DNA of 34,670 bases from a virus (lineage: Duplodnaviria; Heunggongvirae; Uroviricota; Caudoviricetes). Location: IMG/VR virus record IMGVR_UViG_2563366941_000005, one strand, 5' to 3'. This document shows, piece after piece, positions 24,941 through 34,226 of this stretch. Made by a program: the position numbers and the translations under genes. The notes beneath the pieces are model-generated. The model worked only from the letters and a program-made list of their open reading frames with translations. It did no database searches and was not told where the DNA came from. The stretch's first letter is position 1, and every line of letters begins with the position of its first letter.

Positions 24941-25147
24941 AATGTTTCCCCATATTCAGTGTTGCTGATTTGTATTATCTGAAGTTGCTTTTACGTTAAT
25001 TTGACGCAGATCAATTAATACGATACCTGCGTCATAATTGATTATTTCTCGTGGTTTGATGGCGTACACACATGTTGTGATAAACCTTATATAGATGATA
25101 ATCATTATCATTTTCGTGGGTCCTTTCCGGCGATCCGACCGGTTACG

Positions 25148-25159
25148 GGGCGGCGACCT
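25148..25159. other. cos: cosN cohesive-end site (GGGCGGCGACCT)
   Basis: CGGGGCGGCGACCTCGCGGATTTTCACTATTTATGAAAATTTTCCGG closely matches the lambda left end beginning with the 12-nt cohesive sequence; about 185 bp upstream of the Nu1-like gene. Confidence 0.8.
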
Positions 25160-25196
25160 CGCGGATTTTCACTATTTATGAAAATTTTCCGGGATC

Positions 25197-25304
25197 CATG
25201 TCCGGTTTCTCTGCAAGTTAACCATATGAAAAATATAAAAACATGCTTTCCATGAACCGGACATGCGCAAAAAATAGACACTAAAACCGGACATGACCGG
25301 TTTT
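25197..25304. repeat. Candidate cosB terminase-binding repeats (AACCGGACATG x3)
   Basis: AACCGGACATG at 25255-25265 and 25285-25295 (second inside the palindrome AAAACCGG-ACATGA-CCGGTTTT) and inverted at 25197-25207; between cosN and Nu1. Confidence 0.5.
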
Positions 25305-25343
25305 GTTGTGATTGTGAGGTGAGAGTTTTTTGCGAGGTGAGGA

Positions 25344-25853
25344 GTGGCTACGCAGACTGAAGTTGCCAGGCATTTAAGTCTGACCGATCGCCAGCTTCGC
25401 AGATTGCAGAAATTGCCGGGTGCCCCGATATCGAATAAGCGAGGGCAACTGGATCTGGATGCCTGGCGCGATTTTTACATATCGTATCTGAGAAGAAGTA
25501 AAAACGATGTGCCTGATGGCGATAGCGAAGACGACTATGAGGAGAAATTGCTTATTGCCAGATGGGAACTGACAGCAGAACAGGCTGTTACACAGCAGTT
25601 AAAAAATGAGGTGTCAAAAGGAAAACTTATTGACACCGGGTTCTGTATTTTTGCCCTCAGCAAGCTGGCAATGGCGTTATCCAGTACGCTTGATTCCATC
25701 CCTTTATCCATGCAGCGACAGTTTCCTGATTTAACACCGCGCCATCTTGACCATCTGAAAACCCTTATTGCGAAGGGGGCAAATCAGTGTGCGCGGGCGG
25801 GGGATAAATTACCGGATTTACTCGATGAATATATCAGAGCAACAACTGAATAA
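25344..25853 (+). CDS. nu1: Terminase small subunit (lambda Nu1-like)
   Basis: C-terminal alignment by eye with lambda Nu1 (FCIFALSKLAMALSSTLDSIPLSMQRQFPDLTPRHLDHLK). Confidence 0.85.
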   Translation: MATQTEVARHLSLTDRQLRRLQKLPGAPISNKRGQLDLDAWRDFYISYLRRSKNDVPDGDSEDDYEEKLLIARWELTAEQAVTQQLKNEVSKGKLIDTGFCIFALSKLAMALSSTLDSIPLSMQRQFPDLTPRHLDHLKTLIAKGANQCARAGDKLPDLLDEYIRATTE

Positions 25854-27753
25854 TATGATGAGTGCTGTCACAACAGCATTACAGCCCCTGATAAGGGCAT
25901 TGCCGGTGACGCCAGTTGAATGGGCTGATCAAAATTATTATCTGCCTAAAGAATCTTCATATGGTGAGGGAGAATGGAAAACGCTGCCGTTCCAGATCGC
26001 CATCATGAACAGCATGGGGAATGATCAGATCCGGACTGTTAATCTGATTAAATCTGCCCGTGTTGGCTATACAAAGATGTTGCTGGGAGTCGCCGGGTAT
26101 TTTATTGAGCATAAATCCCGAAACAGTCTGCTTTTTCAGCCCACGGATTCTGCCGCTGAAGATTTTATGAAGTCTCACGTGGAGGCGACGATTCGCGATG
26201 TTCCCTGCCTGAAAAAACTTTCTCCCTGGCTGGGACGTAAACATCGTGATAATACCATCACGCTGAAACGCTTTTCATCGGGTGTGGGCTTCTGGTGCCT
26301 GGGCGGCGCTGCCGCCAAAAACTACCGTGAAAAATCCGTGGACGTGGTCTGCTATGACGAACTTTCCTCGTTCGAGCCGGATGTCGAAAAAGAGGGCTCG
26401 CCAACCCTGCTGGGGGATAAGCGTATTGAGGGCTCGGTATGGCCAAAATCCATTCGCGGCTCGACGCCTAAAATAAAAGGCTCCTGCCAGATCGAAAAAG
26501 CGGCCAACGAGTCGGCGCATTTCATGCGTTTTTATGTGCCCTGCCCGCACTGTGGGGAGGCGCAGTATCTGAAATTTGGCGATGAGTCCACGCCTTTTGG
26601 CCTTAAATGGGAGAAGGACAGCCCCGAAAGCGTTTTCTACCTCTGTGAACATCATGGCTGCGTGATCCATCAGTCTGAGCTTGACCAGAGCAACGGGCGG
26701 TGGATCTGTGAAAACACGGGGATGTGGACCCGTGACGGTCTGACGTTTTTCAGCGCCGCGGATAATGAAATTCCGCCGCCGCGCTCCATCACGTTCCATA
26801 TCTGGACGGCGTACAGTCCGTTCACCACCTGGGTACAGATAGTCTATGACTGGCTGGATGCACTGAAAGATCCCAACGGCCTGAAAACCTTTGTGAACAC
26901 CACGCTGGGCGAGACCTGGGAAGAGGCCGTGGGCGAAAAACTCGATCACCAGGTACTGATGGATAAGGTCGTGCATTACACGGCGGCGGTGCCAGCCCGG
27001 GTGGTTTATCTGACGGCGGGCATTGACTCGCAGCGAAACCGTTTTGAGATGTATGTCTGGGGATGGGCTCCGGGAGAGGAAGCCTTTCTGGTGGATAAAA
27101 TCATCATTATGGGGCGTCCCGATGAGGAAGAGACGCTGTTACGTGTGGATGTGGCGATCAACAAAAAATACCGCCATGCAGACGGAACCGAAATGACCAT
27201 TTCCCGTGTCTGCTGGGACACCGGGGGGATCGATGGCGAAATTGTCTATCAGAGGTCAAAAAAACACGGTGTTTTCCGGGTGCTGCCGGTAAAAGGTGCA
27301 TCTGTTTATGGCAAGCCGGTGATCACCATGCCAAAAACCCGCAATCAGCGGGGCGTGTATCTGTGCGAAGTGGGGACGGACACCGCAAAAGAAATTCTCT
27401 ATGCCCGTATGAAAGCCGATCCCACGCCTGCGGATGAAGCCACGTCGTATGCCATCCGTTTTCCTGATGATCCGGAGATTTTTTCGCAGACAGAGGCGCA
27501 GCAACTGGTGGCGGAAGAGCTTGTGGAGAAGTGGGAAAAAGGAAAGATGCGTCTGCTGTGGGATAACAAAAAGCGGCGTAACGAAGCGCTGGACTGCCTG
27601 GTGTATGCCTACGCGGCATTACGTGTGTCCGTGCAACGCTGGCAGCTTGATCTGGCTGTACTGGCAAAATCCCGGGAAGAAGAGACGACCCGGCCAACCC
27701 TTAAAGAACTGGCAGCGAAGCTGTCCGGAGGAGTGAATGGTTACAGTCGCTGA
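25825..27753 (+). CDS. A: Terminase large subunit (lambda gpA-like)
   Basis: Near-colinear similarity to lambda gpA (VEWADQNYYLPKES, KSARVGYTKMLLGV, FWCLGGAAAKNYREKSVDV, HIWTAYSPFTTWVQIV); start at ATG 25825 overlapping the Nu1 end as in lambda. Confidence 0.9.
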   Translation: MNISEQQLNNMMSAVTTALQPLIRALPVTPVEWADQNYYLPKESSYGEGEWKTLPFQIAIMNSMGNDQIRTVNLIKSARVGYTKMLLGVAGYFIEHKSRNSLLFQPTDSAAEDFMKSHVEATIRDVPCLKKLSPWLGRKHRDNTITLKRFSSGVGFWCLGGAAAKNYREKSVDVVCYDELSSFEPDVEKEGSPTLLGDKRIEGSVWPKSIRGSTPKIKGSCQIEKAANESAHFMRFYVPCPHCGEAQYLKFGDESTPFGLKWEKDSPESVFYLCEHHGCVIHQSELDQSNGRWICENTGMWTRDGLTFFSAADNEIPPPRSITFHIWTAYSPFTTWVQIVYDWLDALKDPNGLKTFVNTTLGETWEEAVGEKLDHQVLMDKVVHYTAAVPARVVYLTAGIDSQRNRFEMYVWGWAPGEEAFLVDKIIIMGRPDEEETLLRVDVAINKKYRHADGTEMTISRVCWDTGGIDGEIVYQRSKKHGVFRVLPVKGASVYGKPVITMPKTRNQRGVYLCEVGTDTAKEILYARMKADPTPADEATSYAIRFPDDPEIFSQTEAQQLVAEELVEKWEKGKMRLLWDNKKRRNEALDCLVYAYAALRVSVQRWQLDLAVLAKSREEETTRPTLKELAAKLSGGVNGYSR

Positions 27754-27943
27754 ACTGCAGGCGCTGCGTCAGGCGCGCCTTGATTTATTAACCGGTAAAC
27801 GGGTGGTGTCTGTCCAGAAAGATGGTCGCAGAATTGAATATACGGCAGCTTCTCTGGATGAGCTTAACCGGGCGATCAATGATGCGGAGTCGGTACTGGG
27901 GACAACCCGCCGTCGCCGTCGTCCGCTGGGAGTGAGGTTATGA
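27737..27943 (+). CDS. W: Head-tail joining protein (lambda gpW-like)
   Basis: 68 aa; LLTGKRVVSVQKDGRRIEYTAASL matches the lambda W pattern. Confidence 0.85.
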   Translation: MVTVAELQALRQARLDLLTGKRVVSVQKDGRRIEYTAASLDELNRAINDAESVLGTTRRRRRPLGVRL

Positions 27944-29532
27944 AACGAACGCCTGTCCTGATTGATGTGAACGGCGTTCCGCTTCGGGAGAGCCTCAGCT
28001 ACAACGGTGGCGGTGCAGGATTTGGCGGGCAAATGGCGGAGTGGTTGCCACCAGCGCAGAGTGCCGATGCAGCCCTGCTGCCTGCGTTGCGTCTGGGGAA
28101 TGCCCGGGCAGATGATCTGGTGCGCAATAACGGGATAGCGGCTAATGCGGTGGCCCTGCATAAGGATCATATTGTCGGGCATATGTTTCTGATCAGCTAC
28201 CGTCCGAACTGGCGCTGGCTGGGGATGCGGGAGACTGCGGCAAAAAGTTTTGTCGATGAGGTGGAGGCGGCCTGGTCGGAATACGCCGAAGGGATGTTTG
28301 GCGAGATCGACGTGGAAGGGAAACGCACGTTTACGGAATTTATCCGTGAAGGTGTGGGCGTTCATGCGTTTAACGGCGAAATCTTTGTGCAGCCGGTCTG
28401 GGATACGGAAACCACGCAGTTATTCCGTACGCGTTTTAAAGCCGTGAGTCCGAAACGGGTGGACACGCCAGGACACGGTATGGGGAACCGTTTTCTGCGG
28501 GCCGGTGTGGAGGTCGATCGATATGGTCGTGCCGTTGCGTACCATATCTGTGAGGATGATTTTCCGTTCTCTGGTAGTGGACGATGGGAACGGATCCCGC
28601 GTGAACTTCCCACCGGGCGTCCGGCCATGCTGCATATTTTCGAGCCGGTGGAGGACGGGCAGACCCGTGGGGCCAATCAGTTTTACAGCGTCATGGAACG
28701 GCTGAAGATGCTCGATTCCCTGCAGGCAACACAGCTTCAGTCGGCCATAGTGAAGGCGATGTATGCAGCGACGATTGAAAGTGAACTTGATACCGAAAAG
28801 GCCTTTGAATATATCGCCGGCGCGCCACAGGAGCAGAAGGATAATCCGCTTATTAATATTCTGGAGAAGTTCTCCACCTGGTATGACACGAATAGCGTGA
28901 CGCTGGGCGGTGTCAAAATTCCGCACCTTTTCCCCGGTGATGATCTGAAACTTCAGACCGCGCAGGATTCAGACAATGGATTTTCGGCGCTTGAACAGGC
29001 GCTGCTGCGGTATATCGCCGCCGGTCTTGGCGTTTCCTACGAACAGTTGTCCCGTGATTACTCGAAGGTCAGTTATTCAAGTGCCCGCGCATCCGCCAAT
29101 GAGTCGTGGCGCTATTTTATGGGGCGGCGAAAATTTATTGCGTCCCGGCTGGCCACGCAGATGTTTTCCTGCTGGCTGGAAGAGGCACTTCTTCGGGGGA
29201 TTATTCGTCCGCCACGGGCACGTTTTGATTTTTATCAGGCGCGATCAGCCTGGTCACGGGCTGAGTGGATTGGAGCCGGAAGAATGGCCATTGACGGGCT
29301 CAAGGAGGTTCAGGAATCAGTGATGCGCATTGAGGCCGGACTGAGCACGTATGAGAAAGAGCTGGCGCTGATGGGCGAGGATTATCAGGACATTTTCCGC
29401 CAGCAGGTCAGGGAATCTGCAGAGCGGGAAAAAGCCGGACTCTCACGTCCGGTGTGGATAGCGCAGGCGTATCAGCAGCAGATAGCGGAGAGTCGCAGGC
29501 CGGAAGAGGAGACAACACCACGTGAGACGTAA
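27940..29532 (+). CDS. B: Portal protein (lambda gpB-like)
   Basis: 530 aa, lambda-B length and position; ATGA overlap with W. Confidence 0.85.
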   Translation: MKRTPVLIDVNGVPLRESLSYNGGGAGFGGQMAEWLPPAQSADAALLPALRLGNARADDLVRNNGIAANAVALHKDHIVGHMFLISYRPNWRWLGMRETAAKSFVDEVEAAWSEYAEGMFGEIDVEGKRTFTEFIREGVGVHAFNGEIFVQPVWDTETTQLFRTRFKAVSPKRVDTPGHGMGNRFLRAGVEVDRYGRAVAYHICEDDFPFSGSGRWERIPRELPTGRPAMLHIFEPVEDGQTRGANQFYSVMERLKMLDSLQATQLQSAIVKAMYAATIESELDTEKAFEYIAGAPQEQKDNPLINILEKFSTWYDTNSVTLGGVKIPHLFPGDDLKLQTAQDSDNGFSALEQALLRYIAAGLGVSYEQLSRDYSKVSYSSARASANESWRYFMGRRKFIASRLATQMFSCWLEEALLRGIIRPPRARFDFYQARSAWSRAEWIGAGRMAIDGLKEVQESVMRIEAGLSTYEKELALMGEDYQDIFRQQVRESAEREKAGLSRPVWIAQAYQQQIAESRRPEEETTPRET

Positions 29533-31027
29533 TCTTTCACACATTATTGCCGCAGCATTCAATGAACCGCTGCTTCTGGAGCCCGCCTATGCGCGGGTTT
29601 TCTTTTGCGCGCTCGGGCGCGAGATGGGGGCAGCAAGTCTTTCGGTACCACAACAGCAGGTACAGCTTGATGCTCCCGGAATGCTGGCTGAAACGGACGA
29701 GTACATGGCCGGAGGTAAACGACCGGCCCGTGTTTACCGGGTGGTGAACGGTATTGCTGTACTGCCGGTGACCGGCACGCTGGTGCACCGGCTGGGCGGT
29801 ATGCGGCCATTTTCCGGAATGACAGGCTATGACGGCATTGTCGCCTGTCTTCAGCAGGCAATGGCAGATAGCCAGGTGCGGGGCGTACTGCTGGACATTG
29901 ACAGTCCGGGCGGGCAGGCCGCCGGCGCGTTTGACTGCGCTGACATGATTTACCGCCTCCGTCAGCAGAAGCCGGTCTGGGCACTGTGCAATGACACGGC
30001 CTGTTCTGCAGCCATGCTGCTGGCGTCGGCCTGCTCCCGACGGCTGGTTACCCAGACATCCCGTATCGGCTCCATTGGCGTGATGATGAGCCATGTCAGC
30101 TATGCCGGTCATCTGGCGCAGGCCGGGGTGGATATCACGCTGATTTATGCCGGGGCGCACAAGGTGGATGGCAATCAGTTTGAAGCCTTACCGGCAGAGG
30201 TGCGTCAGGACATGCAGCAGCGGGTTGATGCGGCGCACCGGATGTTTGCCGAAAAAGTGGCGATGTATACGGGGCTGTCTGTGGAAGCTGTCACGGGGAC
30301 AGAGGCTGCCGTTTTTGAAGGTCAGTCCGCTATTAAGGCCGGACTGGCGGATGAATTAATCAATGCGTCGGATGCCATCAGCGTGATGGCTGCGGCGCTG
30401 AACACTCATGATACAGGAGGCACTATGCCGCAATTAACTGCAACGGAAGCTGCCGCGCAGGAGAACCAGCGAGTGATGGGGATCCTGACGTGTCAGGAAG
30501 CGAAAGGACGTGAACAGCTTGCCACGATGCTGGCAGGACAACAGGGCATGAGCATTGAACAGGCCCGGGCGATTCTGGCCGCGGCGGCACCACAGCAGCC
30601 GGTGGCATCCGCGCAGAGTGAAGCCGATCGCATTATGGCGTGTGAAGAAGCGAAAGGTCGTGAACAACTGGCGGCAACGCTGGCGGCGATGCCGGAGATG
30701 ACGGTGGAAAAAGCCCGCCCGATCCTGGCTGCCTCACCGCAGGCGAATGCCGGGCCCTCACTTCGTGATCAGATCATGGCCCTGGATGAGGCAAAAGGGG
30801 CAGAAGCGCAGGCTGAAAAACTGGCGGCCTGCCCGGGAATGACCGTGGAGAACGCCCGGGCTGTGCTGGCTGCGGGATCAGGTAAGGCCGAACCGGTCTC
30901 TGCATCCACAACCGCCTTGTTTGAACATTTCATGGCGAATCATTCACCGGCAGCGGTGCGGGGTGGCGTGTCACAGACGTCAGCAGACGGTGATGCGGAC
31001 GTGAAAATGCTCATGGCCATGCCATGA
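29522..31027 (+). CDS. C: Head protease / scaffold (lambda gpC-Nu3-like, S49 family)
   Basis: N-terminal NEPLLLEPAYARVFFCAL and S49-like core match lambda C; C-terminal region has three tandem 45-aa repeats (Nu3-like scaffold). Confidence 0.85.
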   Translation: MRRNLSHIIAAAFNEPLLLEPAYARVFFCALGREMGAASLSVPQQQVQLDAPGMLAETDEYMAGGKRPARVYRVVNGIAVLPVTGTLVHRLGGMRPFSGMTGYDGIVACLQQAMADSQVRGVLLDIDSPGGQAAGAFDCADMIYRLRQQKPVWALCNDTACSAAMLLASACSRRLVTQTSRIGSIGVMMSHVSYAGHLAQAGVDITLIYAGAHKVDGNQFEALPAEVRQDMQQRVDAAHRMFAEKVAMYTGLSVEAVTGTEAAVFEGQSAIKAGLADELINASDAISVMAAALNTHDTGGTMPQLTATEAAAQENQRVMGILTCQEAKGREQLATMLAGQQGMSIEQARAILAAAAPQQPVASAQSEADRIMACEEAKGREQLAATLAAMPEMTVEKARPILAASPQANAGPSLRDQIMALDEAKGAEAQAEKLAACPGMTVENARAVLAAGSGKAEPVSASTTALFEHFMANHSPAAVRGGVSQTSADGDADVKMLMAMP

Positions 31028-31063
31028 AGTCAGTGCTGACCATCAATATGAGGTTTTAACAAA

Positions 31064-31411
31064 ATGGTGACGAAAACCATCACTGAACAGCGTGCGGAAG
31101 TACGTATTTTTGCCGGTAATGATCCGGCTCATACCGCCACAGGCAGCAGCGGGATTTCTTCTGCAACACCGGCTCTGACGCCCCTGATGCTGGATGAAGC
31201 CACCGGGAAACTGGTGGTCTGGGATGGACAGAAAGCCGGTAGTGCGGTTGGCATACTGGTACTGCCGCTTGAAGGCACAGAGACGGTGCTGACCTATTAC
31301 AAGTCGGGGACCTTTGCGACGGAGGCAATCCGCTGGCCTGACAGTGTGGATGAACACAAAAAGGCAAATGCCTTTGCCGGCACAGCCCTGAGTCACGCGG
31401 CTCTGCCGTAA
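31064..31411 (+). CDS. D: Head decoration protein (lambda gpD-like)
   Basis: 115 aa; DPAHTATG ... TPLMLD ... YKSGTF ... AFAGTA matches lambda D. Confidence 0.85.
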   Translation: MVTKTITEQRAEVRIFAGNDPAHTATGSSGISSATPALTPLMLDEATGKLVVWDGQKAGSAVGILVLPLEGTETVLTYYKSGTFATEAIRWPDSVDEHKKANAFAGTALSHAALP

Positions 31412-31468
31412 CACGTTATCAGGCCACCATGGCGGCCTGACTGATTTCTGAATGAAAGGAACTGATTT

Positions 31469-32497
31469 ATGGGATTGTTTACGACCCGCCAGTTACTCGG
31501 TTATACCGAACAAAAAGTGAAATTCCGTGCGCTGTTTCTGGAGCTGTTTTTCCGCCGTACGGTGAATTTCCACACCGAAGAGGTGATGCTGGACAAAATT
31601 ACCGGAAAAACGCCGGTGGCGGCCTATGTCTCCCCGATCGTTGAAGGAAAAGTGCTTCGCCATCGCGGTGGTGAAACCCGCGTGTTACGTCCGGGCTACG
31701 TCAAGCCCAAACACGAATTTAATTACCAGCAGGCGGTTGAGCGCCTTCCTGGTGAAGATCCGGCTCAGCTGAACGACCCGGCCTACCGTCGTCTGCGTAT
31801 CATTACCGATAACCTCAAACAGGAAGAGCACGCCATTGTCCAGGTGGAAGAAATGCAGGCGGTGAATGCCGTGCTGTATGGCAAATACACCATGGAAGGG
31901 GATCAGTTTGATACTGTCGAGGTGGATTTCGGGCGCTCTGAAGGAAATAACATTGAGCAGGCTGACGGTAAAAAATGGTCTGAGCAGGACCGTGATACGT
32001 TTGATCCGACGCATGATATTGACCTCTACTGCGATCAGGCCAGCGGCCTTGTGAATATCGCCATTATGGACGGTACGGTCTGGCGTCTGCTGAATGGCTT
32101 TAAGCTGTTCCGCGAAAAACTGGATACCCGTCGCGGCTCAAATTCACAACTCGAAACGGCAGTGAAAGATCTGGGCGCAGTGGTGTCCTTCAAGGGGTAT
32201 TACGGCGATCTGGCCATTGTGGTGGCGAAAACGTCTTATGTGGCAGAGGACGGTACCGAAAAACGTTATCTGCCGGAGGGCATGCTGGTGCTGGGGAATA
32301 CGGCGGCAGAGGGGATTCGTTGCTATGGTGCCATTAAGGATGCACAGGCGTTGTCTGAAGGAGTGGTGGCTTCTTCCCGTTACCCGAAACACTGGCTGAC
32401 CGTGGGCGATCCGTCCTGTGAATTCACCATGACGCAGTCCGCTCCGCTGATGGTGCTGCCGGATCCGGATGAGTTTGTGGTGGTACAGGTGAAATAA
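31469..32497 (+). CDS. E: Major capsid protein (lambda gpE-like)
   Basis: 342 aa; colinear with lambda E (YVSPIV, PGYVKPKHE, TRRGSNSxLETAVKDLG, MTQSAPLM, DPDEFV). Confidence 0.9.
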   Translation: MGLFTTRQLLGYTEQKVKFRALFLELFFRRTVNFHTEEVMLDKITGKTPVAAYVSPIVEGKVLRHRGGETRVLRPGYVKPKHEFNYQQAVERLPGEDPAQLNDPAYRRLRIITDNLKQEEHAIVQVEEMQAVNAVLYGKYTMEGDQFDTVEVDFGRSEGNNIEQADGKKWSEQDRDTFDPTHDIDLYCDQASGLVNIAIMDGTVWRLLNGFKLFREKLDTRRGSNSQLETAVKDLGAVVSFKGYYGDLAIVVAKTSYVAEDGTEKRYLPEGMLVLGNTAAEGIRCYGAIKDAQALSEGVVASSRYPKHWLTVGDPSCEFTMTQSAPLMVLPDPDEFVVVQVK

Positions 32498-32548
32498 TCC
32501 GTGAGCGGGGGCGAAATGCCCCCGTGTCTTTTTTCACAGGAGGCTGAG

Positions 32549-32932
32549 ATGGCAACAAAAGAAGAAAATCTGAATCGTCTTCGTCAACTGGCTGGCCTGC
32601 TGGGGCGCGAGGCGGATATGTCGGGGAGTGCTGCGGATATTGCTCAACGTGTGTCTGAGTGGGAAGAGGAGCTTGCTGTTTCCCCGGAGGGCATTATGCA
32701 CTCTGATGAGAGCGGGGCTGATCAAAATCACACAGACGATGGTGAGCAGTTGAACAACACGGATGCTCCGGATGATGTTAAAGCCGTCCGGGTACGGAAG
32801 TGCCTGCAAGTAATGGGGTATTGCCCGGAGACAGGTCGTCCCGTTGAGCTGGCGTTACGGGGTATGCGTGTTCTGGTGCCATCATCACTGGCAACGGCCA
32901 TGATACAGCACGGAACGGCTGAATATGCGTGA
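32549..32932 (+). CDS. FI: DNA packaging protein (lambda FI-like)
   Basis: Position between E and FII; internal ATG at 32549 with AGGAGG SD; acidic composition. Confidence 0.6.
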   Translation: MATKEENLNRLRQLAGLLGREADMSGSAADIAQRVSEWEEELAVSPEGIMHSDESGADQNHTDDGEQLNNTDAPDDVKAVRVRKCLQVMGYCPETGRPVELALRGMRVLVPSSLATAMIQHGTAEYA

Positions 32933-33278
32933 TTTTCAGAATGCCTTTGATGCTGCCCTCGCCGGGGTAGACAGTACGATCGTTGAAGTGATGGGGCTCT
33001 GTGCGCAGTTCACCTCGGGGGCACAGTGTGGCAGCGAAGTTCAGGGGGTTTTTGACGATCCGGAGTCGCTGGGGTTTGCCGGTGGCGGGGTCCGTATTGA
33101 AGGAAGCAGCCCGTCATTATTTGTGCGGACGGATACGGTTCGTGCCGTGCGGCGTGGTGACACGCTGACCATTAATGGTGAGATATTCTGGGTGGATCGT
33201 GTTTCTCCGGATGACGGGGGCAGCTGTTATCTCTGGCTCAACCGTGGTCAACCACCCGCAGTTAACCGGCGACGATAA
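32925..33278 (+). CDS. FII: Head-tail connector (lambda FII-like)
   Basis: 117 aa; GVFDDPE, GSSPSLFVRTD, FWVDRVSPDDGGSC, PPAVNRRR match lambda FII. Confidence 0.9.
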   Translation: MRDFQNAFDAALAGVDSTIVEVMGLCAQFTSGAQCGSEVQGVFDDPESLGFAGGGVRIEGSSPSLFVRTDTVRAVRRGDTLTINGEIFWVDRVSPDDGGSCYLWLNRGQPPAVNRRR

Positions 33279-33293
33279 ACGCAGGGTGAAATT

Positions 33294-33827
33294 ATGGCGA
33301 TAAAAGGGCTTGATCAGGCGATTGACAATCTGAGCCGGGTTCGTAAAAACGCCATTCCGGCGGCTTCAGCAATGGCCATTAACCGCGTGGCCACAACGGC
33401 GATTAATCAGTCTTCATCACAGGTTGCCCGGGAGACAAAGGTTCGCCGGAAACTGGTTAAGGAACGGTCCAGACTGAAACGGGCGACGGTCAGAAATCCG
33501 AATGCCAGAATTATCGTTAACCGCGGTGATCTCCCTGTGATTAAGCTGGGGATCAGGATGCTGGGGCGTCGCCCGAACAGCATACTTAAAGCCGGTCAGC
33601 ATCGGTATCAGCGGGCATTTATTCAGCGATTAAAAAATGGTCGCTGGCATGTCATGCAGCGTGTGGCCGGGAAAAACCGTTACCCCATTGATGTGGTGAA
33701 AATCCCGATGGCGGCCCCACTGAAACAGGCATTTGATGAGAATGTTGACCGTATCCGGCGTGAACGCCTGCCTAAAGAACTGGCATACGCGCTGAAACAA
33801 CAACTGAGGATTGCGATAAAACGATGA
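33294..33827 (+). CDS. Z: Tail completion protein (lambda gpZ-like)
   Basis: MAIKGL...VARETKVRRKLVKER..LKRATV...LKNGRWHVMQRVAGKNRYPIDVVKIPMA matches lambda Z. Confidence 0.9.
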   Translation: MAIKGLDQAIDNLSRVRKNAIPAASAMAINRVATTAINQSSSQVARETKVRRKLVKERSRLKRATVRNPNARIIVNRGDLPVIKLGIRMLGRRPNSILKAGQHRYQRAFIQRLKNGRWHVMQRVAGKNRYPIDVVKIPMAAPLKQAFDENVDRIRRERLPKELAYALKQQLRIAIKR

Positions 33828-34219
33828 AACACACTGACATTCGTGCCGCAGTGCTGGATGCACTCGAGCAGCATGAACACGGGGCGACGCTGTTTGATGG
33901 TCGCCCCGTTGTTTTTGACGAAGAGGATTTTCCTGCGATCGCGGTTTATCTGACGGATGCAGAGTATACCGGTGAAGAGCTGGATGCAGATACCTGGCGG
34001 GCCACACTGCATATTGAGGTGTTTTTACCGGCACAGGTACCGGATTCAGAGCTCGATCAGTGGATGGAAAGCCGGATTTACCCGGCGATGACCGCGATCC
34101 CGGCACTGGCAGGACTGATTACCACGATGGTTACGCAGGGCTATGAGTATCGTCGTGATGACGATATGGCGTTATGGAGTTCTGCAGATCTGACTTATTC
34201 CATTACATACGAGATGTGA
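33824..34219 (+). CDS. U: Tail terminator (lambda gpU-like)
   Basis: 131 aa; near-identical pattern to lambda U ([15 protein letters not shown], [16 protein letters not shown], SSADLTYxITYEM). Confidence 0.9.
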   Translation: MKHTDIRAAVLDALEQHEHGATLFDGRPVVFDEEDFPAIAVYLTDAEYTGEELDADTWRATLHIEVFLPAQVPDSELDQWMESRIYPAMTAIPALAGLITTMVTQGYEYRRDDDMALWSSADLTYSITYEM

Positions 34220-34226
34220 GGACGAT

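Noticed and set aside
26275-26976. Minus-strand 233-aa ORF inside the terminase large subunit
   Set aside because: Antisense to the gpA-like gene, whose lambda similarity spans the region.
29537-30160. Minus-strand ORFs (207 aa, 141 aa) inside the C gene
   Set aside because: Antisense shadow ORFs in a GC-rich coding region with Arg/Pro/Ala-rich translations.
33630-34106. Minus-strand ORFs overlapping Z and U
   Set aside because: Antisense to genes with near-colinear lambda Z and U similarity.
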